A DNA stretch of 64,000 bases from a virus (taxonomy: Duplodnaviria; Heunggongvirae; Uroviricota; Caudoviricetes): the IMG/VR virus record IMGVR_UViG_3300028042_000002, positions 66,050-130,049 of that record. One strand, written 5' to 3'. Of the stretch, positions 1-9,624 are shown piece after piece. The notes beneath the pieces are model-generated. The model saw only the letters and a list, made by a program, of their open reading frames with translations, made no database searches and was not told the origin of the DNA. How positions within the stretch are numbered: the stretch's first letter is position 1; each line of letters opens with the position of its first letter. A program made the position numbers and the translations under genes.

Positions 1-43
1 GGCAACGTCTGCTAGATTTGAATTAACTGCCTATAGTGGAATT

Positions 44-817
44 ATGGGTAAGAATTTATTTTTAAATCATAATGAATATACTTTATTTGGTAATCCTCCT
101 TTAGATATTGTTTATAATGATGGTGAAATTATAGGAGATGATGCACCATGGCAACATGAATTTCAATCTAAATCAGGTCAAACCTTCGAATTAGCATTAG
201 AAAGTGAATATTATATTAGATTTTGTAATGGATATTTAAGACCTAGTGGCAATTTAGTACGATTTGAATTTAGCAGTCCAATAATTGAGGATTGCTTCGG
301 ATGGTTCGCTTACAATGGTCAATATTCAGTACTTGATGGATTATCAACTCAAAGTGCATTACAACCTAAAATTAATTATAATGGTCAGAAAGTTAACATA
401 GATTTAACAATTCATCCACAATTATTATTAGATTTAAAATTTTATAATGGTCAAGCTTCATACATTCCCAACCATGAATATAATGTTAATTTATACAGTG
501 GTCAGGAATTAAAAGTTGATTTATATGAAGAACCATTCATAGGATTAAATGGTCAATCAATGGTATTAACAGAGTTGTCAACCGCTACACCTAATGTTAA
601 ATTTACTACTAACTATTTGATATGTTTAGAGAATTTATATTATCCACTAACAGAAGATGGAGATATTGATTATACTTATCAACAGACTGGAATAGCAGTT
701 GAAAATGAAGAATACTATACCAAAATTGATGGAACTTGTACTAATGATTATGTATATAGAACTACATTACATTTATTTGGGTATAGTAATATTATGATGG
801 ATGTTACTTTAGATTAA
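44..817 (+). CDS. hypothetical protein with YNGQ-type repeats; possibly 5'-partial, since the frame is open to the window start; possible fiber or adhesin
   Basis: Long ORF. Repeated 'YNGQ' motifs about every 30-40 aa. No stop in frame upstream to position 2. Confidence 0.45.
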   Translation: MGKNLFLNHNEYTLFGNPPLDIVYNDGEIIGDDAPWQHEFQSKSGQTFELALESEYYIRFCNGYLRPSGNLVRFEFSSPIIEDCFGWFAYNGQYSVLDGLSTQSALQPKINYNGQKVNIDLTIHPQLLLDLKFYNGQASYIPNHEYNVNLYSGQELKVDLYEEPFIGLNGQSMVLTELSTATPNVKFTTNYLICLENLYYPLTEDGDIDYTYQQTGIAVENEEYYTKIDGTCTNDYVYRTTLHLFGYSNIMMDVTLD

Positions 818-1075
818 TTTGTATAATTTTTGAAGTTCTAAATTTAAATCATCTATTTCATTACCAATAGATTTAATATATTTTTCATCATTTTTTGTTA
901 TTTTATATGATAATAATCTATGTTTCAATTTTAATTTATTTTCAATATATGAAATAGATGATTGTGCTTGTGTTGGAGAAATGCAACTAAAACTTCGATT
1001 ACCTGAAAACGGTTTAATATTTCCATTTTCATCAACTTCACATTCAATAATTAATTGTTCTATATTATTTTTCAT
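809..1075 (-). CDS. hypothetical small protein
   Basis: ORF in a co-oriented minus-strand series. Confidence 0.35.
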   Translation of the reverse strand: MKNNIEQLIIECEVDENGNIKPFSGNRSFSCISPTQAQSSISYIENKLKLKHRLLSYKITKNDEKYIKSIGNEIDDLNLELQKLYKLI

Positions 1076-1300
1076 AATTTAACCTCGATTATTATCATAT
1101 TAAATGTTGTATTACGCTAATATACTATGGTTATAAACTGAATTAGATTTTTCATTATCATCAGGTTTATAATAATTCATATTATGAGTAGCAAAGTTTA
1201 GTTTGGTGAGTACTGCAAATTCATATCCAAATTCTTCAATTTCTGAAACGGTTAAAATTTTACCTTCTGGCACACGTTTTTTCAATTTGAACACAATACA

Positions 1301-1513
1301 TTAAGTTTCATCATCTTGCTCAAATTGAATACGATTAACTTTTACGTCAATTTTTAACAATTTAGTAAGGATTTCAGCGGTTGAACTATGACCAATTGCT
1401 GATGTAATATCATTATTTTTGACAAATTGTTGAGCTTGGATTAATGTAATTTGACGATAATCAAATACGCCAAAAGAGGTTAAGATTGAAGTGTTTAATA
1501 ATGCTAATTTCAT
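1301..1513 (-). CDS. hypothetical small protein
   Basis: ORF in the minus-strand early-gene series. Confidence 0.35.
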   Translation of the reverse strand: MKLALLNTSILTSFGVFDYRQITLIQAQQFVKNNDITSAIGHSSTAEILTKLLKIDVKVNRIQFEQDDET

Positions 1514-1524
1514 AATATTTACCT

Positions 1525-1869
1525 TTATTGGTTAGTTTCAGTTACTTCTAAAATTGTTACTTGTTTTGATGATAAAACTACATAATCAGTAAATCCATCA
1601 TAATTTAATATTGCACCATCTGCATTGTTATTAATTAGATTTTCTTTACAATCATATGTATCAATTTGACCATTTGAACCGTCATCATAGTCATTATTAA
1701 TAGTAATTTCACATTTATGACAATATGATAAACCATTAGCACCGATTCCATCTAATAATTCATTATCAGATGGTTCAATATCAGTAAACCATAATCCATC
1801 ACATTTAGAACTATCAAATTTGCTAATTTTACTATCACTATAATGATAAGCTATGTAAGTATCCATCAT
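1525..1869 (-). CDS. hypothetical acidic Cys-containing protein
   Basis: ORF preceded, on the minus strand, by the conserved early promoter, 5' UTR and an AGGAAAT SD. Confidence 0.5.
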   Translation of the reverse strand: MMDTYIAYHYSDSKISKFDSSKCDGLWFTDIEPSDNELLDGIGANGLSYCHKCEITINNDYDDGSNGQIDTYDCKENLINNNADGAILNYDGFTDYVVLSSKQVTILEVTETNQ

Positions 1870-1904
1870 ATTTCCTAATTGGTTAAGTTGCTTCGATGGA
1901 TACT

Positions 1905-1932
1905 ATTATACTGAATTTTTAACTATTGTCAA
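1905..1932 (-). promoter_or_regulatory. sigma70-type early promoter (TTGACA-16-TATAAT)
   Basis: Minus strand reads TTGACAatagttaaaaattcagTATAAT. Duplicated at 2525-2552. Confidence 0.6.
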
Positions 1933-2486
1933 CTATTTATTTCAGATTTATTATATAGTTCATCAACATTTTTATATGTATTCAATATAGTAAAATCTTT
2001 ATCTGTTACATATTTAGTATTATTAAATATATACACTTTAAATGTTATTGTATTTGTATAATTATCAATCAATACATCAACTCCACTATTTAATTTCAAT
2101 ATGCCATATCTATTTACTTTTTTATCATAATATGATAAATTTATATTACCATTTTTAAATATTTTTGAAATGTAACATCTATTATTTTCAATAAATGATG
2201 ATATTAAAGTATTTTCATTTACACGTATTAAATATCCAAAATCTTGCGTATCATTCATAGCCATTGATAAATTATAACTTGTAAAATCATCAATACTTAA
2301 TGTTGACAATTTTACAACTTTAAAAAAAGTTTCATCTTTATTAAAATGATATTCTTGTTTTGCTAAGATTTTATATTTTTTCCATGCTAATTTTAAACTA
2401 GCTTTAAAAAATGTTGATGCTGGATAACCATATTTCACTGATGCTATATTTGATATTTTCCAAGCATCTGTCATAATATTTTTCAT
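1929..2486 (-). CDS. hypothetical protein
   Basis: 185-aa ORF downstream of a duplicated early promoter. Confidence 0.5.
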   Translation of the reverse strand: MKNIMTDAWKISNIASVKYGYPASTFFKASLKLAWKKYKILAKQEYHFNKDETFFKVVKLSTLSIDDFTSYNLSMAMNDTQDFGYLIRVNENTLISSFIENNRCYISKIFKNGNINLSYYDKKVNRYGILKLNSGVDVLIDNYTNTITFKVYIFNNTKYVTDKDFTILNTYKNVDELYNKSEINS

Positions 2487-2524
2487 TATAATATTATCCG
2501 TATTAAGTTAAGTTGATAAATACT

Positions 2525-2552
2525 ATTATAATGAATTTTTAACTATTGTCAA
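2525..2552 (-). promoter_or_regulatory. sigma70-type early promoter (duplicate of 1905-1932)
   Basis: Same roughly 55-bp sequence as at 1893-1945, with TTGACA-16-TATAAT. Confidence 0.6.
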
Positions 2553-2556
2553 CTAT

Positions 2557-4347
2557 TTATTTCAGATTAGGCAATTTCATTACATCTACATCATTTTTAC
2601 CTAATTTAAATGTAGTTGTATTCATCAATAAATCAATTTCATTATCATTAATTTTCATGGACTTATCTTTAAATTGCATATCATTTTTAATGTCATCTCT
2701 ACTTTTTAACCATCCTTTCAATAAACCGTGTTGAACATTTAATAATTTCATAAAATCTTGATTAAATTTAATATGAAAATTGCCATTTTTATAACTTCGC
2801 ACAGCCATGAAAATAAATTGTTCATCATTATCATATTTAGTACAGTAATAATTATGAATAGAGTTGTCATTATATGATAAAGATTTCCATGAAGTAATCA
2901 TATTAAATCCTAAATTTTCGGCAATAATCATAATATCTTTAATGAAATTAGTTGCACGTTCAGGTAAATTAGTATGATTATCACATTCATATTGTGAATA
3001 ATAGCTTGTATAACCAGTCAAAATGATACGATAATCTAATGTAACAGCACCATAACTATCTGCCTTTCTCCACATTGTATTATATTCATCAAAATATTTC
3101 TTATTACTTTTATATGCAGTAGTTGAAGCGTCATTCATCATACATTCAAAAATATTAATTAACTGTTCATCGTAATATTGATTAGCAATTTTTAATATCA
3201 TTCCTGTAATTGCATAACAATTTTCATTATTAAAATCCAGTTGATTATTATTATCCATTGTTGATAAAATCTTACTTAGTGTTACACTTGTTAAATGTTT
3301 GGTAATAGGTGTATAATTCTTAAATAATTCAGTCCAATATTGACGTTTTAATGATGATAATTTCTTCTTTAAAGTATCTGAAATATTGGTTAATTTTACG
3401 TCAAACTCTTTAAGTACATCTTTAGGAATTTGTACTAACTGTTTGTAAACATTAAACAATTTGTCATTATCTCTAGTATATAATTGGACTAAAGCTCCCA
3501 CAATTGATTGACATTTTACAATTTCATTATCTAAACGTTTGGCAAATTCATCCTCACTTGATTTAGTGTTATCAATATCTTCATTATATTGATTAGTGGT
3601 ATCATGAGTAGCCACAAAATTATTAAATAATAAATCAAATGGATTAACTTTAACCGAATTAATTTTAATATCTTTAAAATTTGAGGTGTAATCAACTTTA
3701 ATAATATCAATATTTGCCCGTGCCTTACGTTCACCATCTAAGAAATTATCAGAATGAATTACAGTTACAATTGCTTTACGTGATTTAATAGCTACATTAA
3801 TTTCATGATTATCTTTCCATCTATCTGGTACAATTAAATACATTAATTTACAATTACTTTCATTTAATAATTTAATCATAAATTGTTCATATTCCGAATA
3901 AGGTGGATTACAGAAAACAATTTCCATAGGTTTATCAACTAATGAACATGAATGTAAATCTGCACCAATAAATCTAATATCATTATCAGGGTTAGTAATA
4001 TAATTATCAATTAAAAGTTGTGATTTTTCAATAGCATATAATTCTAAATTGGGGATAATATTATTAATTGTAATATAATCCGCAAGGTGTAATAAAGCGA
4101 CACAATTACCAGCACCAATATCCAAAATTGAATAATATTCACGATCATGGAAATTATTAGATCTATAACTATCTTCAAATTGATTATAATGTTTAGAAAT
4201 ATTATCAGTAATAATATCTAACATATCAGTTGTAGTTGGGTAAAATTCAAAATCTTGGTTAGATTGTTTTAATTGTTTAACAAGTTGAACAGTTGAAGTC
4301 ATAATAATTAAATAATAAATGTGAATTAAGGAGCTGTAATAATACAA
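2557..4347 (-). CDS. SAM-dependent N6-adenine/N4-cytosine (NPPY-class) methyltransferase, large form
   Basis: Motif I 'LDIGAGNCV' and motif IV 'FCNPPY' in the N-terminal half. 596 aa. Confidence 0.6.
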   Translation of the reverse strand: MYYYSSLIHIYYLIIMTSTVQLVKQLKQSNQDFEFYPTTTDMLDIITDNISKHYNQFEDSYRSNNFHDREYYSILDIGAGNCVALLHLADYITINNIIPNLELYAIEKSQLLIDNYITNPDNDIRFIGADLHSCSLVDKPMEIVFCNPPYSEYEQFMIKLLNESNCKLMYLIVPDRWKDNHEINVAIKSRKAIVTVIHSDNFLDGERKARANIDIIKVDYTSNFKDIKINSVKVNPFDLLFNNFVATHDTTNQYNEDIDNTKSSEDEFAKRLDNEIVKCQSIVGALVQLYTRDNDKLFNVYKQLVQIPKDVLKEFDVKLTNISDTLKKKLSSLKRQYWTELFKNYTPITKHLTSVTLSKILSTMDNNNQLDFNNENCYAITGMILKIANQYYDEQLINIFECMMNDASTTAYKSNKKYFDEYNTMWRKADSYGAVTLDYRIILTGYTSYYSQYECDNHTNLPERATNFIKDIMIIAENLGFNMITSWKSLSYNDNSIHNYYCTKYDNDEQFIFMAVRSYKNGNFHIKFNQDFMKLLNVQHGLLKGWLKSRDDIKNDMQFKDKSMKINDNEIDLLMNTTTFKLGKNDVDVMKLPNLK

Positions 4348-5084
4348 TAAATTTAATCAAATTAAATAAATAATTATATGTAAATTAACAATACAGTTAA
4401 TATTTATTACATTATGGCTTACGCCTGCGTGTGATAATTCAAAGAAATAAAGTTAATTACATTATTAAGCTATTTAAAGTGGTTAAATAATTTAAATATA
4501 GCCTACTATCAATTTAATATAATAATTCCATTTAAGAGCATTTAACCTAATTAAATCGTATATTTACTATGGCGGAAATCTTATCAAATATAAATTAATA
4601 ATAAATAAATATATAATTATAAGAAATATGACTATGAACATAACAAATAATACAATAAACATGATGATATCAAGATAGATACCACTATAAACAATATAGG
4701 TTAAAGAATAATATAATCAAACATTAGAATAATAATAAATTAATATAATAACAATATAGAATAATATTTAAACAATATAGTTCACTATGGTAATGATAGG
4801 AATATAAATCATAAATGATTAACTGCTCTATACAGCAATACTATTATGTTGCTTTTTTTTATTTTTGGAGATGTTGACTAGAATGACAGCTAGACCCCCT
4901 ATATTAGCATTTACTAATGAAAACTTTCGTGGGATTTGACCCAAAATTAGAAATATTACAATGTAAGTTGTTGATTTATAAGTAATATTAAAAATAAATT
5001 AATAAAATATTGACAATTTAACCTGTATTCATATAAATAATGATATAATTAAAATTCTTATTGATAATAATTAAGGTTGATTAA

Positions 5085-5270
5085 ATGAATATTCCAGTTA
5101 AATTGAAAAAAAGTATTAAAGGTCGCCCGCGTATAGAAATTGATATTGATTTAGCAATAAAATATCTAAATGGTGGGTACAATCTTTCGAGTGTGGCGGA
5201 GGAGATGGGAATTGCAAAATCTACATTATGTTTGAAAGTTAAACAATATAAAGAAATCCATAAATCATAA
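5085..5270 (+). CDS. small HTH DNA-binding protein (module copy A)
   Basis: 'KGRPRIEIDIDLAIKYLNGGYNLSSVAEEMGIAKSTL' is a resolvase/IS630/AlpA-like HTH. Paralogs at 18316-18528 and 63163-63402. Confidence 0.6.
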   Translation: MNIPVKLKKSIKGRPRIEIDIDLAIKYLNGGYNLSSVAEEMGIAKSTLCLKVKQYKEIHKS

Positions 5271-5338
5271 ACATAAAAAAGCTAGAAAGGTAATTACATT
5301 TTACCAATCTAGCCAACATGTTCACATTAAATATTACA

Positions 5339-5655
5339 AGGCATCTATCGTAAGAGTCCCTACTTTTGCGAAAGCTCATTTTGGGCATCCCAGCCCAAGT
5401 TCGCGGCAAAAGCTTAACGGGACTAATTATAATCTTCGATGCCCCGATTCGTCCTGCGTCCGTGACGTCTTCGTACAAGTATCGTTTCACTCGATGAACT
5501 ACGACACCACTACCTCAAATGACCTTTACGGCGATGAGAGCTGTTTTTCACCTTCTTCGTCAGTTCACTCTCGTTCTCAACTACGAATGCGCTAAACAGC
5601 ATCGCCTATCGGGGACTAATCGCCTTCGTTTCACTCTCCATGGCGATCAGCGCAT
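5339..5655. other. GC-rich (about 50% GC) noncoding island; candidate structured RNA or origin with TTCACTC and CGGGACTAAT direct repeats
   Basis: Abrupt composition shift. Long imperfect hairpin (ggcatc..gatgcc, agtccc..gggact, cttttgc..gcaaaag). TTCACTC occurs three times. Confidence 0.45.
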
Positions 5656-7003
5656 GAACAAAACTTCTATTAAACATCTTCTTTTAAGCGAATTAAATAA
5701 ATATAAAACTCGTTTATCGGATGAACCATCATTATACATCAATAATACTATTTATAACAAGTTAAAAGTTGTGAATATTAATAATTTTAAGAAGTATTAC
5801 CCAAAATTAACCCGAGTTGAAATCACAAATTTATTATATCTTATTATAAATCATAACTTTATCCATTTAAAGCAAGATGATAAACAAGGTTATAATATCA
5901 TAAAAATTTATGAAGTTTCAGGAATAAACGTGCAAGTTGGCAGAAAGATATTTACTTCTAAATTATTTACCGAACTTTTAAAATTATTACTTGACAATGA
6001 AATTATTATCAAAGTTAAAAATTATCAAAGTAAGTCACACTCCAACCAATATAAATTAAATGATAATATTATTAGCAAGATGACCACATGCCAAGGTAAA
6101 ATTATTAAATTATCGCCATTCGTCCTAAAATATAAAATTAAATTTTGCACATTAAAAATAGTTAAAACTGTTAAAGATGATATATATCCATACAAATATT
6201 TATTATTAAGCACACTAAAAACTTTAAATACTGTCCAATTTCCAACCATTGAAGAAGTTGAAAAACGATTAGATGAGGCTGTTAAAAATGGTGAAAGTAA
6301 CAAAGGTAAAATATATAAAAATTATAATGATTATAGAAATCTTGTTGACAAATCTAAATATACAAACATTCAAAACATTAAAAAAGTGTTTTTATATTTA
6401 ACAACTGGATTGATATTTTCAAGGAGTGAAGAGTTTGGCAGAATTTATACATCATTTAATATGATACCAACTATCACTCGCAATATGTGTAAATTAAATA
6501 ATAATGAATTAGTTGGATTAGATTTTAATGCACTCCATCTTAATATTGCACAATCATTAGCAGTTAAACATTATGACCATGATATTAAAGATTATAATGA
6601 AATTACTCATGATAATATTGCATCCTATATGAAAATATCACGTCAAGAGGTCAAAATAGACAATTTAAGCCTACTTAACCGAAATTTGGAAGATGGGTAC
6701 GACTATAATAATAAACGTTGGGAAAAAGGCTTAATAGGAACTCCTACAGTAAATTACTTTTTAGAGTGCATCCCAGTTTTATATAATTATATTGTACAGA
6801 AAGGCGATAAAGGTATTACAAAATTTCTATTTAATATTGAAACTAAATTGATGGATAAAATTGCTATGAAATTGTTATATAGTGGTATTAATTTTATGTA
6901 TATTTTTGATGAGATAATGGTAGAGTCGAAGTATAAAATTAATGTTAGAAAGTTGATGCTGATGGAAGCTAAAAGAATGTGGATATTGGCAGGAGTTGGA
7001 TAA
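5654..7003 (+). CDS. large conserved protein of the 3-copy module (possible primase/replication-initiator component); start reset to MNKTS
   Basis: About 60% identity to the 61826-63166 ORF. The N-terminal extension in the ORF track lies in the GC island and is not conserved in the paralog. Confidence 0.55.
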   Translation: MNKTSIKHLLLSELNKYKTRLSDEPSLYINNTIYNKLKVVNINNFKKYYPKLTRVEITNLLYLIINHNFIHLKQDDKQGYNIIKIYEVSGINVQVGRKIFTSKLFTELLKLLLDNEIIIKVKNYQSKSHSNQYKLNDNIISKMTTCQGKIIKLSPFVLKYKIKFCTLKIVKTVKDDIYPYKYLLLSTLKTLNTVQFPTIEEVEKRLDEAVKNGESNKGKIYKNYNDYRNLVDKSKYTNIQNIKKVFLYLTTGLIFSRSEEFGRIYTSFNMIPTITRNMCKLNNNELVGLDFNALHLNIAQSLAVKHYDHDIKDYNEITHDNIASYMKISRQEVKIDNLSLLNRNLEDGYDYNNKRWEKGLIGTPTVNYFLECIPVLYNYIVQKGDKGITKFLFNIETKLMDKIAMKLLYSGINFMYIFDEIMVESKYKINVRKLMLMEAKRMWILAGVG

Positions 7004-7072
7004 ATTTTAGACAAAATAAAACCACCTTTTACAGTGGCTTCTGATGATGATTTAAATTTATATACTTATTAT

Positions 7073-7339
7073 TTATTTAATATTTTCTAAATATGACATT
7101 GCATTATCCAATAAATAAATTGGTGTGATATATTCAGAATTTTTACATTCATTCAACCATACTACAGATTTATTGTTAGATCTTGAAATTAATTCAGTTG
7201 AAATATATACACGATGAATAGCGAGACCATTTGATTTATTTGTTTTTGCTGTGTTGAAAAATAAACCTTTATTAGATGCTAATGTTTTAATATTTTCAAT
7301 TTTTAGGTTGATTAATTGTGCGTTAGTTAATGTAGTCAT
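7073..7339 (-). CDS. small early protein, MTTLTN family
   Basis: N-terminus is MTTLTN. Conserved promoter, UTR and SD upstream. Confidence 0.5.
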   Translation of the reverse strand: MTTLTNAQLINLKIENIKTLASNKGLFFNTAKTNKSNGLAIHRVYISTELISRSNNKSVVWLNECKNSEYITPIYLLDNAMSYLENIK

Positions 7340-7389
7340 AATATTTATTCCTGTTAGTTTGGTTTGCTTTATTGCTTAACATGCAAAGA

Positions 7390-7417
7390 AGTATACTCTT
7401 ATTTTCATTATTGTCTA
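7390..7417 (-). promoter_or_regulatory. early sigma70-like promoter (TAGACA-16-TATACT)
   Basis: Part of a conserved cassette. Confidence 0.5.
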
Positions 7418-7493
7418 GTTATTTATTCAATTATTTTAAATGAATTTAATTATTCAACAATATCAACAACTTACCAACTTAGTCATATAATAA

Positions 7494-7501
7494 TATAAAT
7501 A
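7494..7501 (+). promoter_or_regulatory. T4-late-type promoter TATAAATA
   Basis: TATAAATA lies 37 nt upstream of the 7538 ATG, in the conserved cassette 'catataataatataaatattaataacc'. Confidence 0.5.
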
Positions 7502-7537
7502 TTAATAACCATCCTCCAACCATATAATAATATAAAA

Positions 7538-7951
7538 ATGTCCGATAAAATAGCAGAATTCCTTGATATTTCAGAACTGTCAACCATTGATGAAACTACA
7601 CCCATTATGGATATAGTCACTCATACACATAATAATACTGACATAAAATTAAACAGTATTACAGATTATGCCGAAGTTCGAGCCAACCTTAAACGATTAT
7701 CAACAAAAGGTATGCAGGTGATTGATAGTCTTGCTAAAATGGCAATAGAGGCTCAATCTGCTAGAGATTATGAAGTTTTAACATTATCATTAAAGAATTT
7801 AACTGAAATTAATTTAAGTTTATTAGATGTTAATGAGAAAGCTGGTAAATTGTTGATAGATGAACGAATGTTGAATGAAAATGGGAAAGGTGTGGATGAT
7901 GGAACAATTGATGTTACAGTTGAGCAGTTGCAGAAATTATTAAAAGAATAA
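7538..7951 (+). CDS. hypothetical late protein
   Basis: ORF after a late promoter. Hairpin terminator follows. Confidence 0.5.
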   Translation: MSDKIAEFLDISELSTIDETTPIMDIVTHTHNNTDIKLNSITDYAEVRANLKRLSTKGMQVIDSLAKMAIEAQSARDYEVLTLSLKNLTEINLSLLDVNEKAGKLLIDERMLNENGKGVDDGTIDVTVEQLQKLLKE

Positions 7952-7997
7952 AAAACCACCTGTTAAAGTGGCTTGGATAGAGTTTCAAGGGGAACGA

Positions 7998-8273
7998 TTA
8001 TAAAATTTCAATAATATCATCAGCCCATTCATTTAAGGACAAATAAATTTCATTTTTTGGAATATCATTATCTTTAACATATTCCAAAAAATCATCTATT
8101 AAATCAATAAGTTGGCTATGCGAGATTACTTCCATTTTACCATATTCAGTTAATATAATTTCAAGCTCATTAATAAGTTTAATATTTTTATGATTGGATA
8201 TATGGAGAATATTTTTCAGATTATTTAATCTGTTAATTTGGATTTCAATTTTATCGAGTGTTAATGCAGTCAT
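7998..8273 (-). CDS. small acidic early protein (MTALT start)
   Basis: ORF with an N-terminus related to the MTTLTN family. Confidence 0.45.
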   Translation of the reverse strand: MTALTLDKIEIQINRLNNLKNILHISNHKNIKLINELEIILTEYGKMEVISHSQLIDLIDDFLEYVKDNDIPKNEIYLSLNEWADDIIEIL

Positions 8274-8312
8274 AATTTGGCTAGTCCTGTTTAGTATTAG
8301 TTTATTTAATGA

Positions 8313-8504
8313 TTATTTAGTAACAAGCTCAACAAGATTAGTTAAATCTTTATTTGTAATATTATCATTATCAATGTCATTTACTAAATTTTCACATAAT
8401 GATTTAAGTTGTTCAATTTCATCATTAATATTACTAACTTTACGATTTAATTGAATTTTAAGAGTGGTTACTACAATTTTATTACTTTGAGATATTTTAG
8501 TCAT
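8313..8504 (-). CDS. small early protein
   Basis: ORF with the conserved 'cctgttag' SD region upstream. Confidence 0.4.
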   Translation of the reverse strand: MTKISQSNKIVVTTLKIQLNRKVSNINDEIEQLKSLCENLVNDIDNDNITNKDLTNLVELVTK

Positions 8505-8596
8505 AATCTTAATTCCTGTTAGTTGTTTAAGTTGTTTCGATATGAAAGAGTGTACTCTTATAATATCAACAAGTTACCAACTTAGTCATATAATAA

Positions 8597-8604
8597 TATA
8601 AATA
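8597..8604 (+). promoter_or_regulatory. T4-late-type promoter TATAAATA
   Basis: Conserved cassette upstream of 8632. Confidence 0.45.
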
Positions 8605-8631
8605 CTTAATATCACACCGCACTAGCACAAT

Positions 8632-9156
8632 ATGCCATATTTCAGTCAATTTAATAAAATTAATTACACGTTTGACAGTAACCATAAAGCAACCTTAGTT
8701 AATATCACTCAAAATATAATTCTTAAAAATAATCAAATACGTGATACAACTTTATATTTTAATTATAATATTCAAGATGGTGAAAAAGCTGAACATATTT
8801 CTAATAAATTTTATCGTACACCTGAATACCACTACATAATTTTATTATTAAATGACATCATCAACCCATATTTTGACTGGTGTGTAAGCGGACGAGAGTT
8901 AGAAAGTTTTATAAATGATAAATATGGTTCAACCGTAAATGACGTGCATCATTATATAGATTTAGCTGATAATAATAGGCAGATTGATGATTATGATAGT
9001 GTGAAAATTGGAGAAATGGCAACTATACCAGCCAATATATCAATAGTTACAAATAGAGACCATGAAATAGCGTTAAATGAAGGTAGAAGGCTGATAAAAC
9101 TTATCTCAAGTGATTATATTCTTGAGATAGTGGAAGAGTTTGAAGGATTGTTTTAA
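8632..9156 (+). CDS. hypothetical late protein (possibly structural)
   Basis: 174-aa ORF after a late promoter. Confidence 0.5.
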   Translation: MPYFSQFNKINYTFDSNHKATLVNITQNIILKNNQIRDTTLYFNYNIQDGEKAEHISNKFYRTPEYHYIILLLNDIINPYFDWCVSGRELESFINDKYGSTVNDVHHYIDLADNNRQIDDYDSVKIGEMATIPANISIVTNRDHEIALNEGRRLIKLISSDYILEIVEEFEGLF

Positions 9157-9242
9157 CTTTTAGACTATGAAAAGTGACTTTTAGGTTTAAACTGATTAGA
9201 TGAATTACAATTAATTCAACACATTGATTGTCGAGTGATTAT

Positions 9243-9539
9243 TTAAAACGATTTATAACTTTTACATTCAATTACACCATTAATAAAATCTCTATACGTT
9301 TTAATAATATTATTTAATCGAATTTCTTGTACATCAAAATCAATTTCATTTAAATTATATAAAAATCTTTCACAACTTTTATCACCATTTAATAAAATAT
9401 CTATTTCATATGCTACCAAAGTATGATAACCTTTTTCATTTCCCATTGAAATCATCGTGAATATTAACAATTCAAGTTGGTCAATAATTGTATGATTAGA
9501 TGTTTCAACACTTTTAATACATTTTCTTGAGATTTTCAT
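9243..9539 (-). CDS. small early protein
   Basis: ORF with the conserved SD cassette. Confidence 0.45.
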   Translation of the reverse strand: MKISRKCIKSVETSNHTIIDQLELLIFTMISMGNEKGYHTLVAYEIDILLNGDKSCERFLYNLNEIDFDVQEIRLNNIIKTYRDFINGVIECKSYKSF

Positions 9540-9624
9540 AATATTTATTCCTGTTGGTTAATTCAAGTACCTTATTATAATGATTTTTAAGGTAATGTCC
9601 AGATTTATTTAATTATTTTTGAAA

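Noticed and set aside
3531-3737. Antisense or embedded ORFs inside longer genes. Examples: 2546-2734, 3531-3737, 6025-6303, 6787-7014, 7768-7959, 8194-8454, 10566-10784, 13703-13888, 14192-14404, 18888-19112, 26729-26935, 29271-29465, 31103-31309, 32852-33079, 37196-37390, 39405-39593, 42384-42626, 48290-48536, 49921-50160, 51094-51408, 54608-54799, 55862-56047, 57422-57792, 58105-58344, 60288-60530, 61836-62042, 63147-63332
   Set aside because: They overlap well-supported genes on the opposite strand or frame. They are low-complexity Ile/Leu/Phe-rich translations typical of AT-rich DNA.
5239-5490. 83-aa minus-strand ORF and the MTFTAMRAV... N-terminal extension of ORF 5519
   Set aside because: Both lie wholly inside the GC-rich island. 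The extension has no counterpart in the paralog (61826-63166), which aligns from MNKTS onward. Judged to be a compositional artefact.
5339-5655. tRNA genes in the GC-rich island
   Set aside because: No convincing cloverleaf was found by eye: no T-arm GTTCRANYC flanked by complementary 5-bp stems, and no matching acceptor stems. Cannot be excluded without tRNAscan or Infernal.
5654-7003. Assigning the large module protein as a DDE transposase, HUH Rep or AEP primase
   Set aside because: Candidate motifs (LVGLDFNALHL, ITHDNIAS, HYDHD) do not have the spacing or composition of DDE, HUH or AEP motif sets. Left as function unknown.
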